NCBI GenBank assembly: GCA_000320545.1
Contig: ADNK01002103.1
Coordinates: forward strand, 1-64,000
Direction of reading: 5' to 3'
Source: Bigelowiella natans CCMP2755
Taxonomy: Eukaryota; Protista; Cercozoa
Length of the DNA: 64,000 nt
Shown here: positions 26,577 through 39,099 of the stretch, piece after piece
Layout: every line of letters begins with the position of its first letter
How positions within the stretch are numbered: the stretch's first letter is position 1
Translations under genes and position numbers: made by a program
The notes under the pieces: model-generated
Database searches by the model: none
Told to the model about the DNA's origin: nothing
Seen by the model: only the letters and a program-made list of their open reading frames with translations

Positions 26577-28607
26577 CTATTTTTCTTTTTCATCATCTTC
26601 ACAGTCATTTTTACAGAAGTCACCCTCCTCTTTCTCCTCCTCCTCCTCCTCCTCCTCCTCCTCCTCCTCCTCCTCCTCCTCCTCCTCCTCTTCTATTTCC
26701 TCCTCCTCTTCCATCTCCTTCTCATCATCATTATCATCATCGTTGTAGTCGTCGTCGTCATCATCATCATCATCGTCGTCGTCGTCGTCGTAATAATCGT
26801 CGTGGTTGAATTGAAATATGCCAATGGAACCGAAACGGCTGAATCTACCGCGACCCGTATGACGCATCAACGTATCTTCATCCTCATACTTTGTGACGTG
26901 AGACTTGGCATCATCCCCAGCCCAATCCCATGGAAGCAAATCTGGAACGTAAAGAGTATAATCACGATGATGCTTTAGATGGATCGAGATTAATAAATTT
27001 TTCTCACTGAAAATGAAGTAGATGACTGCGCCTGGTAATTTCTGAGCACAAATATAGACAATCAAAATGACATCCATCCTATTTACATATGGACCCTCAC
27101 CTTCAGGGGGCAACCATCACGGCGGTGGCACATGAGAATAGTAAAGATCATCTCACGGAATTTTTCCGGGAACTTGCAATGCACTTTGCTCCTCGGGTTC
27201 CACAACATCCATTTCACGCCTACACAATGTTTTGGTTCCCTTATAGTTCTGAGTAAGTCAAGCTGAGAAACAAAGCTCTCGAACCGTAAGTGAGCCTCCC
27301 GACAAACTCTCGATTATAGCGCCAAGCGCCGCCACCCCAGTATCCATGTCGGCTGCGAACATCAACATCTCTTCATCAATTCATGAAAACCACAAGATAT
27401 TGCAGCAAAGTGGCATAGAATCCTTCATCATTTTAAAATGAGGGGGAAATTATTCAAATTCATGCGCAAGTGTATTTTTACCTGAACGGACTATGAGAAA
27501 TGTGTGCCATCCCAGGTAAAATCCTAATATGCGGGTCTTCGTGCGTCACCCTAAAGAGAATGGCTTATGTGATAGTCGTCCCGATTTAAAAAGAAAATTG
27601 CAGCAGTGTAAAAGAACCTGGAGCGTCTGTTGTTGTACACGAGGCCAAGATCACCTTCGAGACCGGAGTGAACATACATTCCCACAGATTCCCCGCATTT
27701 CAAGCTAGAAATCAAATGTATTATAAAATATTACAGATCAGGATGTATATTCTTATGTTATCTGGCTTTTCCTTGTACTCTTACCGAATGGGAGGGTCAA
27801 TTTTAAGAGAGACGAGGTCCATCATAGACTCCTTGTGGGTGTCTTTATGAACCAATTTCCAATCACTAATGACAAAAAGAGATTATTTGGGTATAAATCA
27901 GCTGTTGTTGTTGTTTTTGTGTTCGCGAGCCAGCTTCTGCGTAGTGACTGGTAATGGTAACCTTGAGCTGTGATATTTCTTTCCATGAGAGTCTGGAGTG
28001 ACCCAAACAGTCATAGGGCCGAGGTTTCCGCGAACCCATACCTTTCACGAGTAAGCATGAATGAGGGTGAGGAGAACAGGTGGAGAAGGATTTTTATAAC
28101 AAATGATTTTTAATTGGATTAAACATACCTGCTGAATTTCGATGAACTCGATAGGAAGGGTATCCTTGCAGCACAGATCGAACATAATCCCACTGAAGTG
28201 AATATAGGATAAATCAGACGAGGAGTGTGAGGCGATGAGCTCGAAAAACGGACGACCTGAACGTGTGATCCTCGAAATCCCGTGTATCAACATTATAGCT
28301 ACGTATGTGCAAGTAATCAATATGATGGAACACAAACAGGTCAGGATTCGTAGGAGTATCCATGTGAGATGAATCGGAAGAAAGCGAAGTAAGCAGAAAA
28401 GGGTGGAAACTACCATGATTGAACGACATAATTAGCAACTTTCGCTCTTTTCAGCGCTTGTGGTTGATAGTCCGGAGCGGTGGGTTGTTCCGCAGAAACT
28501 GAATGCATCTTGCAGGGAGCAGGGTTCGATTCAAGTTCGTCAATTGGCCGCCATTCAGATTGTAAATCCGATATACTATGCATGCCCAAAGCATGAACGT
28601 AGTACAT
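26577..28607 (-). CDS. Conserved hypothetical protein (algal/protist type) with acidic C-terminal tail
   Basis: Exons join to give DFEDHTF/SGIMFDLCCKDTLPIEFIEIQQ/VWVRGNLGPMTVWVTP...GMYVHSGLEGDLGLVYNN/..ILPGMAHISHSPF...IFTILMCHRRDGCPL/KLPGAVIYFIF/LLPWDWAG, then poly-D/E. Start approximate. Confidence 0.7.
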
Positions 28608-28994
28608 TATGACCTAGCGACATGTCCGGTAACATTTATCTCAACTTATTCCTCAGACTCTCGAACTAAAGAAAGACGAAGATCAGTCTCGGTGCACCTG
28701 CTCTCGTTCCTTCGAGTAGGAAACAGAGGCCATGTTTACCTCGTACAAACACATATGGCATGTCGCGATGAGGGAAAAGGGATGCTATGGCTGAGTACGA
28801 ACGAGGCTGGTGGCAAAGAATTTCACCCAATATCATCCACCATCAACAATGAACGCCTCGATGCCTCATAACCATGCACGTACCTTTTCAGGAATATGAG
28901 AACACGTGCTAGCGTGTAAGCGCTTGGGAGCAGCACATTTTCTGAGCAGAATATCATCGTTTCAAGTTCGCTCCCAGAAGTCAAACCACTGTCC

Positions 28995-30243
28995 ATGACT
29001 ATCCTTCTGATCCTCCTTTTCAGCCCTCTTGCGCTCGGGCATTCTTGGCTCGCATGCGTCGACTATGAACCGGTACAGCTGTTGATCTCTTTTTATCTTC
29101 AGCTTTAAATAAATATGATAATATTAGGTTACTGGAACATGCCGGGGATATGCTCGCAATTGGTTCAACGTGATGGGAGGTGCCGCATTCTTCACGGATC
29201 GTGGCCGCGATAATAGGTGGCATGAATACATGCAAAATAACGCCAACGATGAAAATTTAACTATTACTCGTATCGAGCCCATATCCTACGGCTATCCAAA
29301 ACGAATACCACACATCGATCGAATTTAGGCCTGGGATCGATTTTCCTGAAGGGTTGGTGTGTGACCAGAGGAAAGAAGCGAGGACGAATCCTGTTGAAGC
29401 CGCTTACGATGAGGACTTTCCAATGGCTGTCTTGCGAATTGGGGATACCGTCACTTGGAGGTGTTTGTAGCCTGCTCCGCTTCTTTCCCTCCTAGCTTCT
29501 AACACTCCTCAATGCGAAAATTATTACGTCAGTTTATGAACAGAAGACGCACATGACCATAATAGTTTCTAATTGTGATTTCATAATGAATCAATCTCCC
29601 ACAAAGATGGCCTGCAAAGAACCATGCCACAGTCGGAGTACAGCGCGGCGTGCAGGTGGATCATTGAAATTGTTGGCTTAGTAAAGTGATCATTACACTC
29701 CAAGAATCACGCAAAATACTGAATAGATAATGCCCCATCATCGCTTGGCCCTTTCAGGTTTTCATCACGGATGCGCCAAACCTGAGTGAAGATAGATTTC
29801 GCCCAGAGCCTATTGGTAGAAGATACGACAGAGAATAGAGACAATTTTGTTGATCTGGAGTCGTGATATTCACGGCTTAAGCTGCAGGGCTATAATTCCT
29901 CGTATATTCGCACTATACCCCTGTGGCACACTCCTTGGGAAAAAATAGAGTTAGAAACCAGATTTTTATATTTAACATAGAGATTATCAAGATCGATCCA
30001 ATGATTCGTAATTAAATCGTAGCGGAGATGGACTTCTCAAACTGCAACCCGCGGAGGGCCAATGTTGATTCGGCGGATTGCCAAGATCGATGGATGGTGC
30101 CAAGGGACATCCGGCCCGGTCTACACACGCTGATGTGGTGGTTCAACCTGGTAAACACCACATTGCTTCATATTTGATAAAGTGATAAATAAATAAATAA
30201 ATATATTTTTGTACATATATAAAATTTATGCATATATACGTAT

Positions 30244-30281
<38 letters not shown>

Positions 30282-30594
30282 TAGTTCATAGAAGAAAGAT
30301 AGATTGATCGAAGATTGCCTCACTCAGGGGGAATTTTATAACTCCTGCGCTGATGTGTACATCGTGGCTGAGGGGGCCGATTTCCCCACATTCGCTCCTG
30401 TGCCCCCCACCCTCGAGCCAACGATAAGCCCTACAGGGGAAAATGGCGGGTAGTGCGTCCGTCTACACTGTTTGTCTCCTTTACAGGATACGATAGTAAT
30501 AAGTGAGTGTGCATGAAGGCTGGGCTATCCCTAACGCCTCTCCAAGCGATACATTCATGTGCATGCTAAGACGAAGCATCCGTGCCAGAAGTAT

Positions 30595-30630
<36 letters not shown>

Positions 30631-32980
30631 TGCTGTGTGGTTTCAACATAAAATTAATCATTTAGGCCGGGATGCTGCAGTTGGTCAGGATGCAACGTTT
30701 GCGAGCCAACGGGCCCCTTCTGCCTTGAGTCAGCGTCAAATTGCGAGAATAACTGCGGTGGGCAGTGGTGCCCTGGGGGGGTAGCAGCTGTCCCTATGCC
30801 AGCGCCTACCGAGCCACAACCATCAGTGAGTGTGTAATTCGCGTACTAGTACTTAAACTGAGGAGAGTGTGAGCAGCCAATGCCGTATTTTGCCCTTATT
30901 ACCTGCTCAATCAGCATGCTGTTATTGTCGCCATCCGGTCTGTTGTTGTTCGCCGCGAATCTTCATCATAAGTCAACCATCAATATCACCAGCCCACAAC
31001 AGCCGGGATGGTTCCATTTCCGATGCCCGAGCCGACTGCTTTTGCTCCGTCCCCAACGATTTCCGACGGCTTTGCGTGCTGCAGCTGGTCGCGCTGTCAA
31101 AGGTTTGAGGCAACCATCTTACCCCCCCCCCCCTCCCCCTTCCCCATGGCAATTGAATTGCATCCAGAATTCATAACTGAGAAACGCCGTAACAAATGTA
31201 ACAACTAAGTGTCTAAAAATGAAAGGTGTGAACGAACCCACATCTACCTTCTGCCTGCTATCCGAATTTAACTGCGAAGGGCCTTGCAACGGGATGTGGT
31301 TCACGAGCGGCATTGGAAACCCAGTCCCCGATCCCACCTTCCGCCCCACCCCCCCCCGAGGCTACCAACTATCCAGCCGACCCTCCCGCCCGCCGCGACG
31401 GATGGGTGCTGCAGGTAGGAACGCGTGGTAATGATGGTGATGGCGGTGGTGATGATGATTATGAATGGCGACGACAGTGTACAAGACTAATAGCGCGACG
31501 CTGGTTTGTAGTAGCCACCGAATTGATAATACCACACCTCTGCCGAATGGAAAGATGAATGAATGAATGATCGTTTGTAGTTGTGAGATATGCCTTGTGA
31601 TTGGGGCATTTCCTCGTCCTCATCATCATCGTCGTATTTTGCTTTATCAACACGCAGCTGGACCCAGTGTGGGGAGTGCCAGCCTACCTCTGAGTACTGC
31701 CTCCGCAACGAAGCCAATTGTGAGGTACTGCCATTCATCCATACGGTTATAGAGGGGATAAAACTACTTCGATAAATGTTGGAAATCGTTGAGGATCCAT
31801 CACACCGACAAGAAATGATTTGATCGGTTTGTAGCCATGGTAGGTTCGATGAGATTGCACCAATCTTTCTTGGTTATCTACACCTACACTTCGATATCAT
31901 CGTCGTCGTCATCATCATCATCATCATCATCATCATCACCATCATCACCATCCTATCACCTGCTGATTGATTGAATAATTGTCTCCGTCGATTGTATAGG
32001 GTCCGTGCAATGGAATGTGGTGTCCTGTTGGGCCTGACTCGGTGGTCTCTACAATCCAAACCGCAGGCTCGAGCACAGCAACTACGCAAGACTTCGTGCA
32101 GATCCTGTGCCCCCCCATAGCCATTCCTCCCAGTGGGAGCTTCCAGGTCGAGATTTTAGCTACTACCACGGCTGACAGGTACCCTCATGGCCTACATCCG
32201 CACAGAGAATCATCCTATCCACTATGTACATATGAAACTCAGCAGAATTTGGCTTCTTTGGTCCGAGGTTGGGCGGTCGATTCATTGTTGATTTGGAGGC
32301 CCCCTATGTAATCCCAACTGCTATTATTTGTTTCCCCTCTCTCTTCACACTGTCAGAGTAATCGGTGTCGATGTTGTTCGCGAAGGCGCTGGGGAAGTGA
32401 CTACAGGCCGCGGAAGTGTGCCCATTACCTCCACAAACGGCTCCCCGATGACCTTCGTAGTGGATATACAAATCACACGCGAGATTGAAAGGCCGACGAT
32501 GATAGAGATGCAACAGGACTCCACGCATCTTCTCGCAGCATGGATCGTTGAGCGTTCGCTGTTCGATGATGGACTACTGCAACCTTGGCTAAACTCGACG
32601 GCTTCCTTGTAAGTGATGACTTCTCCCTTCGCCGAGGGTTTCAGATGAGATTTCTTTCTTGTGTCTTCTCTCTCCCTTCCCATCCTTGCAGGTTTGAACC
32701 TGTGCTAGTCGACACTCTGACCTCTTCTCCCCTGTGCGACTCTCGTGCAGAGAACCCTACAGAGGATACAAGCAATAGCAGTGATGAAGGTGGCCCAAGC
32801 GACGCAGCAGTCATCGCAGTCTCAGTAATCTTCACCCTTCTTGCTGTGGCGGCTGCGGTGGGAGCTTTTGTCTATTTTGGAGGTATGGCTAAATGTCACA
32901 ATTATTGCCAATCCCTCGGTACAATTTCAGGAACCAATCATAACAATGCTCGCCATGTGCAGATGTACATGTGTGTGTGA
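28995..32980 (+). CDS. Secreted, membrane-anchored LPMO-like (His1) protein with three Cys-rich modules
   Basis: Signal peptide MTILLILLFSPLALG followed by HSWLACVDY. Then CRGYARNW, IGDTVTW/WPAKNH and HTLMWWFNL/GEFYNSCADVYI, Pro/Thr linkers, 3x CCSW..C..C.PT..[FY]CL....NCE..C.G.W, and a C-terminal TM helix AVIAVSVIFTLLAVAAAVGAFVYF. Confidence 0.72.
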
Positions 32981-33056
32981 GACGGATGTAATGAAGTGAA
33001 TAATCTTTTCAATGGTCATCCTAATGTAGCTATGCAAAGCAGCGGCTACAGCGCTT
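32976..33056 (-). repeat. Conserved intergenic bipartite element, copy D
   Basis: Reverse complement reads agcgctgtagccgctgctttgcatagctacattaGGATGACCATTGAA-N17-TACATCCGTCTCACA. Confidence 0.9.
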
Positions 33057-33870
33057 AGGTTGCATTTATTTGTCTCGTCTATCATGCGTTTCATGCATTT
33101 AAAAGCATCTGCATCCTGTCGCCGATGCCGTGCAGTGCGCGCAGCGGTCCGTGCCTCTTTTTCAGCTTCATCAGGCCAGTCGTTTCGTCTCATCGTTTTG
33201 ATTCATGATAGCATTCAATTGGTTTTGTAATCGAAGCTAGTAAGCTGTTGATGTTCGCATGCCGCACGTTGAAGGAGATGATCCACATCTTTTGTGACAC
33301 CACATGTGTTACATGTGGCATCTGCTTCCTCACATTGTTGTGTGCATGTTGATCATGCTAGCTTGCATGCACGCCAGTACGTCTAGCAGTCAGGACTAGA
33401 GAAGCCTAGCTGTAGCAGCGACTGCACACAGCACACAATAGCACAGCATAATCATCAGCTAGACAGTGTCGCTATCTCTAGCTTGCTCAGCTCCACAACA
33501 CATCCTAGCCAACATCGCGTGTCGATGTCATGTTCCACAGACATTGCTGGAATGGAGATGGCGTGCAGCGCAGCAATAACAGGAAGAATGACAAACGGTT
33601 GCGTTGCATCTCAGAGCGAGGCGAGGGCACTAGCGTTGTCCTACGATCGACACACAATCATGGTTATGCCTGCGCTGTTTTTGTTTGTGTGCATGCTAGC
33701 GGAGACAGTCGCCACACTAGCACCAGCGCTAACAATGGCATCAGGTATTGAATGCAACATTGCTTATTGATGCTGTGTGCTCATCATTGGTTGATTGCTA
33801 ATGTAACATAATTTGATTAAATGAACAGGCAAATGATGTATGTGCAATGACCGCTGTCAGACACATTGGC
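32981..33870. other. Convergent intergenic zone 5
   Basis: Between the LPMO-like (+) and MTase-H15 (-) stops; contains copy D. Confidence 0.75.
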
Positions 33871-33880
33871 TTATGCATCA

Positions 33881-34026
33881 TCATTGCCACCAAATGTAAC
33901 TGAGAGCCTTTCGAAAGCACGTGTTGTTGGTGCTGCTAGGTGATTCTGGCTCAACATCCTTCTTTTTCTTTCCTTTAGCTGCTTTTCTGGAAGATGATAC
34001 TGATGACATGCTGCCTCTGATTGCTT

Positions 34027-34058
<32 letters not shown>

Positions 34059-35479
34059 ATTGATGACGATTTTCTCCTGCTGCCAATATCATTTATACGA
34101 AAGGTACTGCCCCTCACTGAGCCCTTCTTTAGCTTGCCGTTCTTGACCATCTTTTGTAACATGTCGCGAAGTCGTCGCTCTGAATAAGACCTTTGAATAG
34201 CGTAGTTTTCCTCGATATAGGCGTTTACATCTTTGACGCTCACAGATGATGCAGGCGAGTCTGCAAGTAGCTCGGTGATAACGCTGAATATCAACATCTG
34301 CGACAGGTACCTTTTCTCTTTTTCACGTATCTCCCCATCTTCCTCCTCCTCTCCATCAGCTACTTTCTCATCGTCGCTGCCCCATGAGAAAGTCTTCGTT
34401 TGCTCTTCTACAACAACATCCTCACAAATACCATCCTCCTCCTCCTCCTCCTCTGCCATGGTCTCTGCTGTTGGCACCTTGGCCATTATATGGATATAAC
34501 GTCCTTCGCTCACAGGAACAGTTTTAAGCACGCTGAAACGCCCACTGACGACATTCTCGAGCTCCTTCCTGGTGCTAGAGCTCACAGAGACGAAGATCCC
34601 ATGCTTGTCGTCTAGCACTCGATGCACCTCCGCGACGATCTGGCTGCAAAGAAGGGGACGCATAGATAGCATGGAGCCGAGTAGCAATGCCTTTTCCACC
34701 ACGACATTGAACGATCTGTCCTCGTAGTTTGGCATCCATTCCGCGTCTGCGGGTTCCACCGTGACCTCCACGCCCTTGGGTAGCATACCCGTACCGATGC
34801 GAGCGATTCTCCCGCCTATCTTGTCGGTGTAGTTCCCATTCGTGTCGGTGAGTACCAGCTCCGTAAGTGACCCGTTGATGGCTAGTGGAAGGCACAGTGG
34901 GTGCATGCCGCAGCCGATCTCAAGTGTCCTACCATTAGTAGCAACGTCCTGCTCGGCCCCAGATAGCGCGTGCCACACCGTATTGTGACTGACACCTGCC
35001 CCCCACTTTTGCTCACCATTCTGCCCTATCATGGAACTATCACCCGGTCTACACCAGCGAAATGTGGTCTCCTTCTCGATATCGTAGAGGTACATATCGT
35101 TCATAAATACAACGGGGCCGCCCCCAGGCGTGGCGCCCCCCTCATAGGAGAGAATTGCCACCGATGTGAAGCCGTTGCGACCGTTGTTCACAGTTGCTGT
35201 TACACAAGGCCGTTGAATGTCGCTACGATCCACGATGATGGTAGACCCGGAGCTTAGTTTGAGCTGCGAGAGGGTTATGATGGCTCTCGAGTCGAGGAAT
35301 TCCTTTGCGTTGTCAAGAAATTCTCTCTCCGCCTGTTTGCCATCGGGCTCCTCGGTGCGAGATGATGAGAAAAACGACGAAAAGCCCAACATGATAGGTG
35401 CTGCGACGATCGGCTCTGTCCGTTCTGGAGTAGTGTAAGAGAATAAGCAAAACTGTAAGCAATAATATCGTGAAGGCAT
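33881..35479 (-). CDS. Intronless class I SAM methyltransferase (METTL13/EEF1AKMT4-like) fused to a linker-histone H1/H5 (H15) globular domain
   Basis: 532-aa ORF (likely start Met at 35392). Motif I TLEIGCG, VLTD and DAEWMPNYEDRSFNVVVEKA, then an acidic linker. LIFSVITELL..SSVSVKDVNAYIEENY...LRDMLQKMVKNGKLKK..RGSTFRI fits the H15 pattern, followed by a Lys/Ser-rich tail. Confidence 0.78.
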
Positions 35480-36375
35480 GATGAGAGAGAAAAGTCTACA
35501 CGGTTGCTATCATGGTCAATATTATGAGCAGCTGTAGGCAGGTTGGTGCTAACGCTGATACAACTCCAACTCCATCCACCTCACAGAAAGCTACATGCTG
35601 CACAAGAATGATCCAAAGAAGCTATATGATATGAAATCACATAAAACTTTGGACCATCCCAGTCTCAACAACGCGGCAAACACATCATATTGGAGTGAGG
35701 TGAGGTGAAGCCTCCCCGTCCCGACCGAATAAAGGAGAAGTGAAGCAGTGATATCCGTACATTCTCATGAAATATGCTACGATATTTTCTATGAGAGACG
35801 TCATCATCCCTACCCCCCTCCCGAACCCCACCAAACTCTCGTTTTGACAGACTGGGAGGGGGACTCGCGACCGACCGTTGGTAATTGTGGACAAATTTTG
35901 GGCTCCTAGTACTCCACGGGATTATGGCCTGCGACATGGAAAATCCGTTATTTCTCCATCTAAATCTCCTTAGGCTGGGACCACACCGATTTTTTCCATT
36001 TACGAAATATCATGGATAATAAATTTTCCAATATTTTATCATTTCAAAACACAAACAACACATCCTCGTTCTCGGCTCCCACCTCCTCCTCGAGACTGGC
36101 GTATTACGGTCTTCCTTTCCTGCGCCGTTCGTTCAACACGAATAGGCGGTAGCGAGATAGAACATCTTACTAGGACCAAAAAGAGGGGTAAGCTGCCAAC
36201 AAAGACACTGGCACATATATCTTCGTTGCCTCCCCCTGCTTCGCTTCTTCAGCTCACCACATCGCCGCTCCTCCTCCTCTCCTCCTCCTCCTCCTCCTCC
36301 TCCTCCTCCTCCTCCTCCTCCTCCTCCTCGGCGTCCTCAATTTTAGGCAGCGAGGGATTTTCTATACTCGATAGG

Positions 36376-37005
36376 ATGAAGTTGAAAATTGTGACATTGA
36401 CAGGGGTCACCATACAGTTGGAACATCCCCAAAAGGTAGCAATTCTTTGCCGCCTCAAAACAACACAGTCTGTTTGCTTGCGTATCATCGTGCCATCAGA
36501 TAGATGTGTGCGTCTAATGTAACGCAGTAAAGGCAATAGTGCTGCCTGGACAAACTATCCTGCACTGGGGTCCTTCCTTCATATTTCCCCCCTCCTCCCC
36601 ATAATCTTCCTCCTCCTCCTCCTCACATGTGTTCAGGTACAGATGACAGTCGCAGGCATTAAAGCGGAGCTCGAGAAGCAGATCGGCTTTCCTCGCGAGC
36701 ATGTTTCTCTCGTATTCCGAGGGAAGGAACTTGTAGGCGAGGGCCTCGAGCAGAAGTCTATTCGAAAGCTATATCCTGACTACACATCCTCCAAGGATTT
36801 CTTCGTGCTGGTGTTTCGCAGGACAGCTCGCCATAAGAAAGACGGCAACGATAGAAAGCGAAAGGCAGAAGAGAGCGGAAACTCGGTAAGGAGGGGGGGG
36901 GGGGGAGATGCTAGGTGGAGGAGAGTGGGTTTATGGATTATTAGATGGCTACTCCCTTCCGGATTTTACCTGCTTCTTTCATGAATGCTTTGTTCGCACT
37001 GTACT

Positions 37006-37092
<87 letters not shown>

Positions 37093-37128
37093 CCCTCGTC
37101 TGTTCTCGAAGCCGGGAAACGTGTAATA

Positions 37129-37164
<36 letters not shown>

Positions 37165-37508
37165 CTGTGTGTGTGTGTGTGCTTATACTAACATTGCGTC
37201 TTATCCTTTCCCCGCTCTCTCTTCTAATTGATCATCACAATGATCAACAGGGCGTTAATGATAAGAAGCACCATAAGACGACGTCTTCCTCCTCTAGTGG
37301 CAGTATCCGTAGGAATAGCAGCATCAGCAGCAACAAGAGGGGCACCAACGCTGAATCAAAGAGCTCCTCTTCCCCAAGCAGACCTCAGGTACACGGCGAA
37401 AGGGGTAGGGGACAGTCGAGTATTTCAAGCTCAGAAGAGCTCCTTCTTTGTAGATTTGAGGGAATTTAAAAATATTGCTGATGTTGCTTTTCCCCTCCCC
37501 TCCCTGTG

Positions 37509-37550
<42 letters not shown>

Positions 37551-37815
37551 CAGCTCTCCAACATCCATGAGATGAGAGATTTCCTCCGCAAGTTCGGGGA
37601 GAGACGGCAGATGGTGAGATATCATCCACATCTGACTATTTTCATCGATCGCTGCTACGAACCAACTGCTTTGTATTTGTGTATTGTAATATTTGCACAC
37701 ACACACACACACACACACACAAACGTAGTCGTTGCATGCTACTACGCATAGAACGCACCATAAGGCTCGCGCCCACATATATGGTTTCGTTAAACTTATA
37801 TATGTTGCAATATAT

Positions 37816-37853
<38 letters not shown>

Positions 37854-38174
37854 AAACTCATTCGAAACATCCATTTTCCATACCCCCATTCTCTTAACAC
37901 CCCGCCCTCTCTGTCTCCGTGTCTTGGTGGAACATAGGCTAAAGCGCAGGCATCAACCCGCACAACAATAGGTAGTACTACTACTAGTAGTAGTTGGGGT
38001 GGTAGTAGGTAGCTCGTGGTCATTAGCAGGGCTAACAGGCCACATTTTGTTCTTCCGGTCTTGTTATAAACGAATGAACGAATGAGCTTTCGGGGGGGGG
38101 AAGGCCATTTCTTCTAGAATCGACCTTGCAGCATTTCGTCGGAATCATAAGATGCAATCCAGAGAGTGATGACA

Positions 38175-38211
<37 letters not shown>

Positions 38212-38641
38212 ACCGATGGTTTTTGTTCTATGCCGTGCAACAACACAAAACTCATCGCAGCTTGGCTATAACTTCGTGGTGCTATTTCGCCACCAACTTG
38301 TGTGATCCTCTTCGTCTTTCTCTTCCTTTTCTTTTCTTCTTCTGCTGCTCCGCCTTCACGACGGTCTAACGTGCCTTCCTTGCAGAGCCGAAGGGTGAGT
38401 TCCTTAGCCAGCTCACAAACATGGGCTTCAAGTCCGAGGCTGCGACGCGTGCGCTGCTTCTTCATCGAAACAACCTCGAGATGGCGCTGAATTGGCTCCT
38501 GGAGAATGCTAGTGATCCTGACATCAATAATCCGATCTCATCAAAAGAGAGGCAGCAGCTCAGTCGCGTGGCCTCGAGACCGGCCATTCCGATGGAGGTG
38601 TTTGCTTTCTCCAGTGCATCGTAGTTAGCGTAGACTACCAC

Positions 38642-38679
<38 letters not shown>

Positions 38680-39018
38680 AAGTCACACGAAGACACACAT
38701 AGTACATCTTTCGATATAACACATGCATACCAACGCCGCTCACCAACCAGCCATGCTCCCGTCTCTGCGCCACTTAATATGCTATTTCTCATAATGTAGG
38801 CTTTGAACGATTTCATCGAGATCAATTTCGGAGCGGACCGCGTCCCGTCACCGTCGTACGAGCCGTTCACAGAGGGGGAGGGCAACAACATGGATGAAGA
38901 GGAAGAAGAATCTGCTGCTGCCGTCATCTCTGCTGTGTCAAGAGCAGCGGAACGGACGGGAGGTGCCGCACCCTCCACCTCAGCGGCTGATCCTGAAAAT
39001 GATAGTAGCTTAATGTAG
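36376..39018 (+). CDS. UBL-UBA protein (UBAC1/KPC2-like)
   Basis: UBL: MKLKIVTLTG.../MTVAGIKAELEKQIGFPREHVSLVFRGKEL. UBA: LSQLTNMGFKSEAATRALLLHRNNLEMALNWLLENASDPDINNPI. Confidence 0.8.
37006..37090. repeat. Compound intronic microsatellite (CT)n(AT)n, representative of dozens of (TA)n, (CA)n, (GA)n, (TAG)n, (CAT)n and (CAG)n tracts in the window
   Basis: Directly visible. Confidence 0.95.
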
Positions 39019-39099
39019 TAGTAGTAGTAGTAGTAGTTGATGATGATGATGAGACAATAAACAGCACGAGTCGTTGTATCGATATATACAACATTACAC

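Noticed and set aside
28880-29235. Minus-strand ORF fragments as first exons of the 26.6-28.6 kb gene
   Set aside because: The plus strand here encodes the signal peptide/His1 exons with clean splice sites, so the minus ORFs are shadows.
31345-31360. Apparent frameshift in the LPMO-like gene linker
   Set aside because: It falls in a poly-C run where one extra C restores the frame into DGCCS. More likely a homopolymer assembly error than a pseudogene or programmed frameshift; raw reads would decide.
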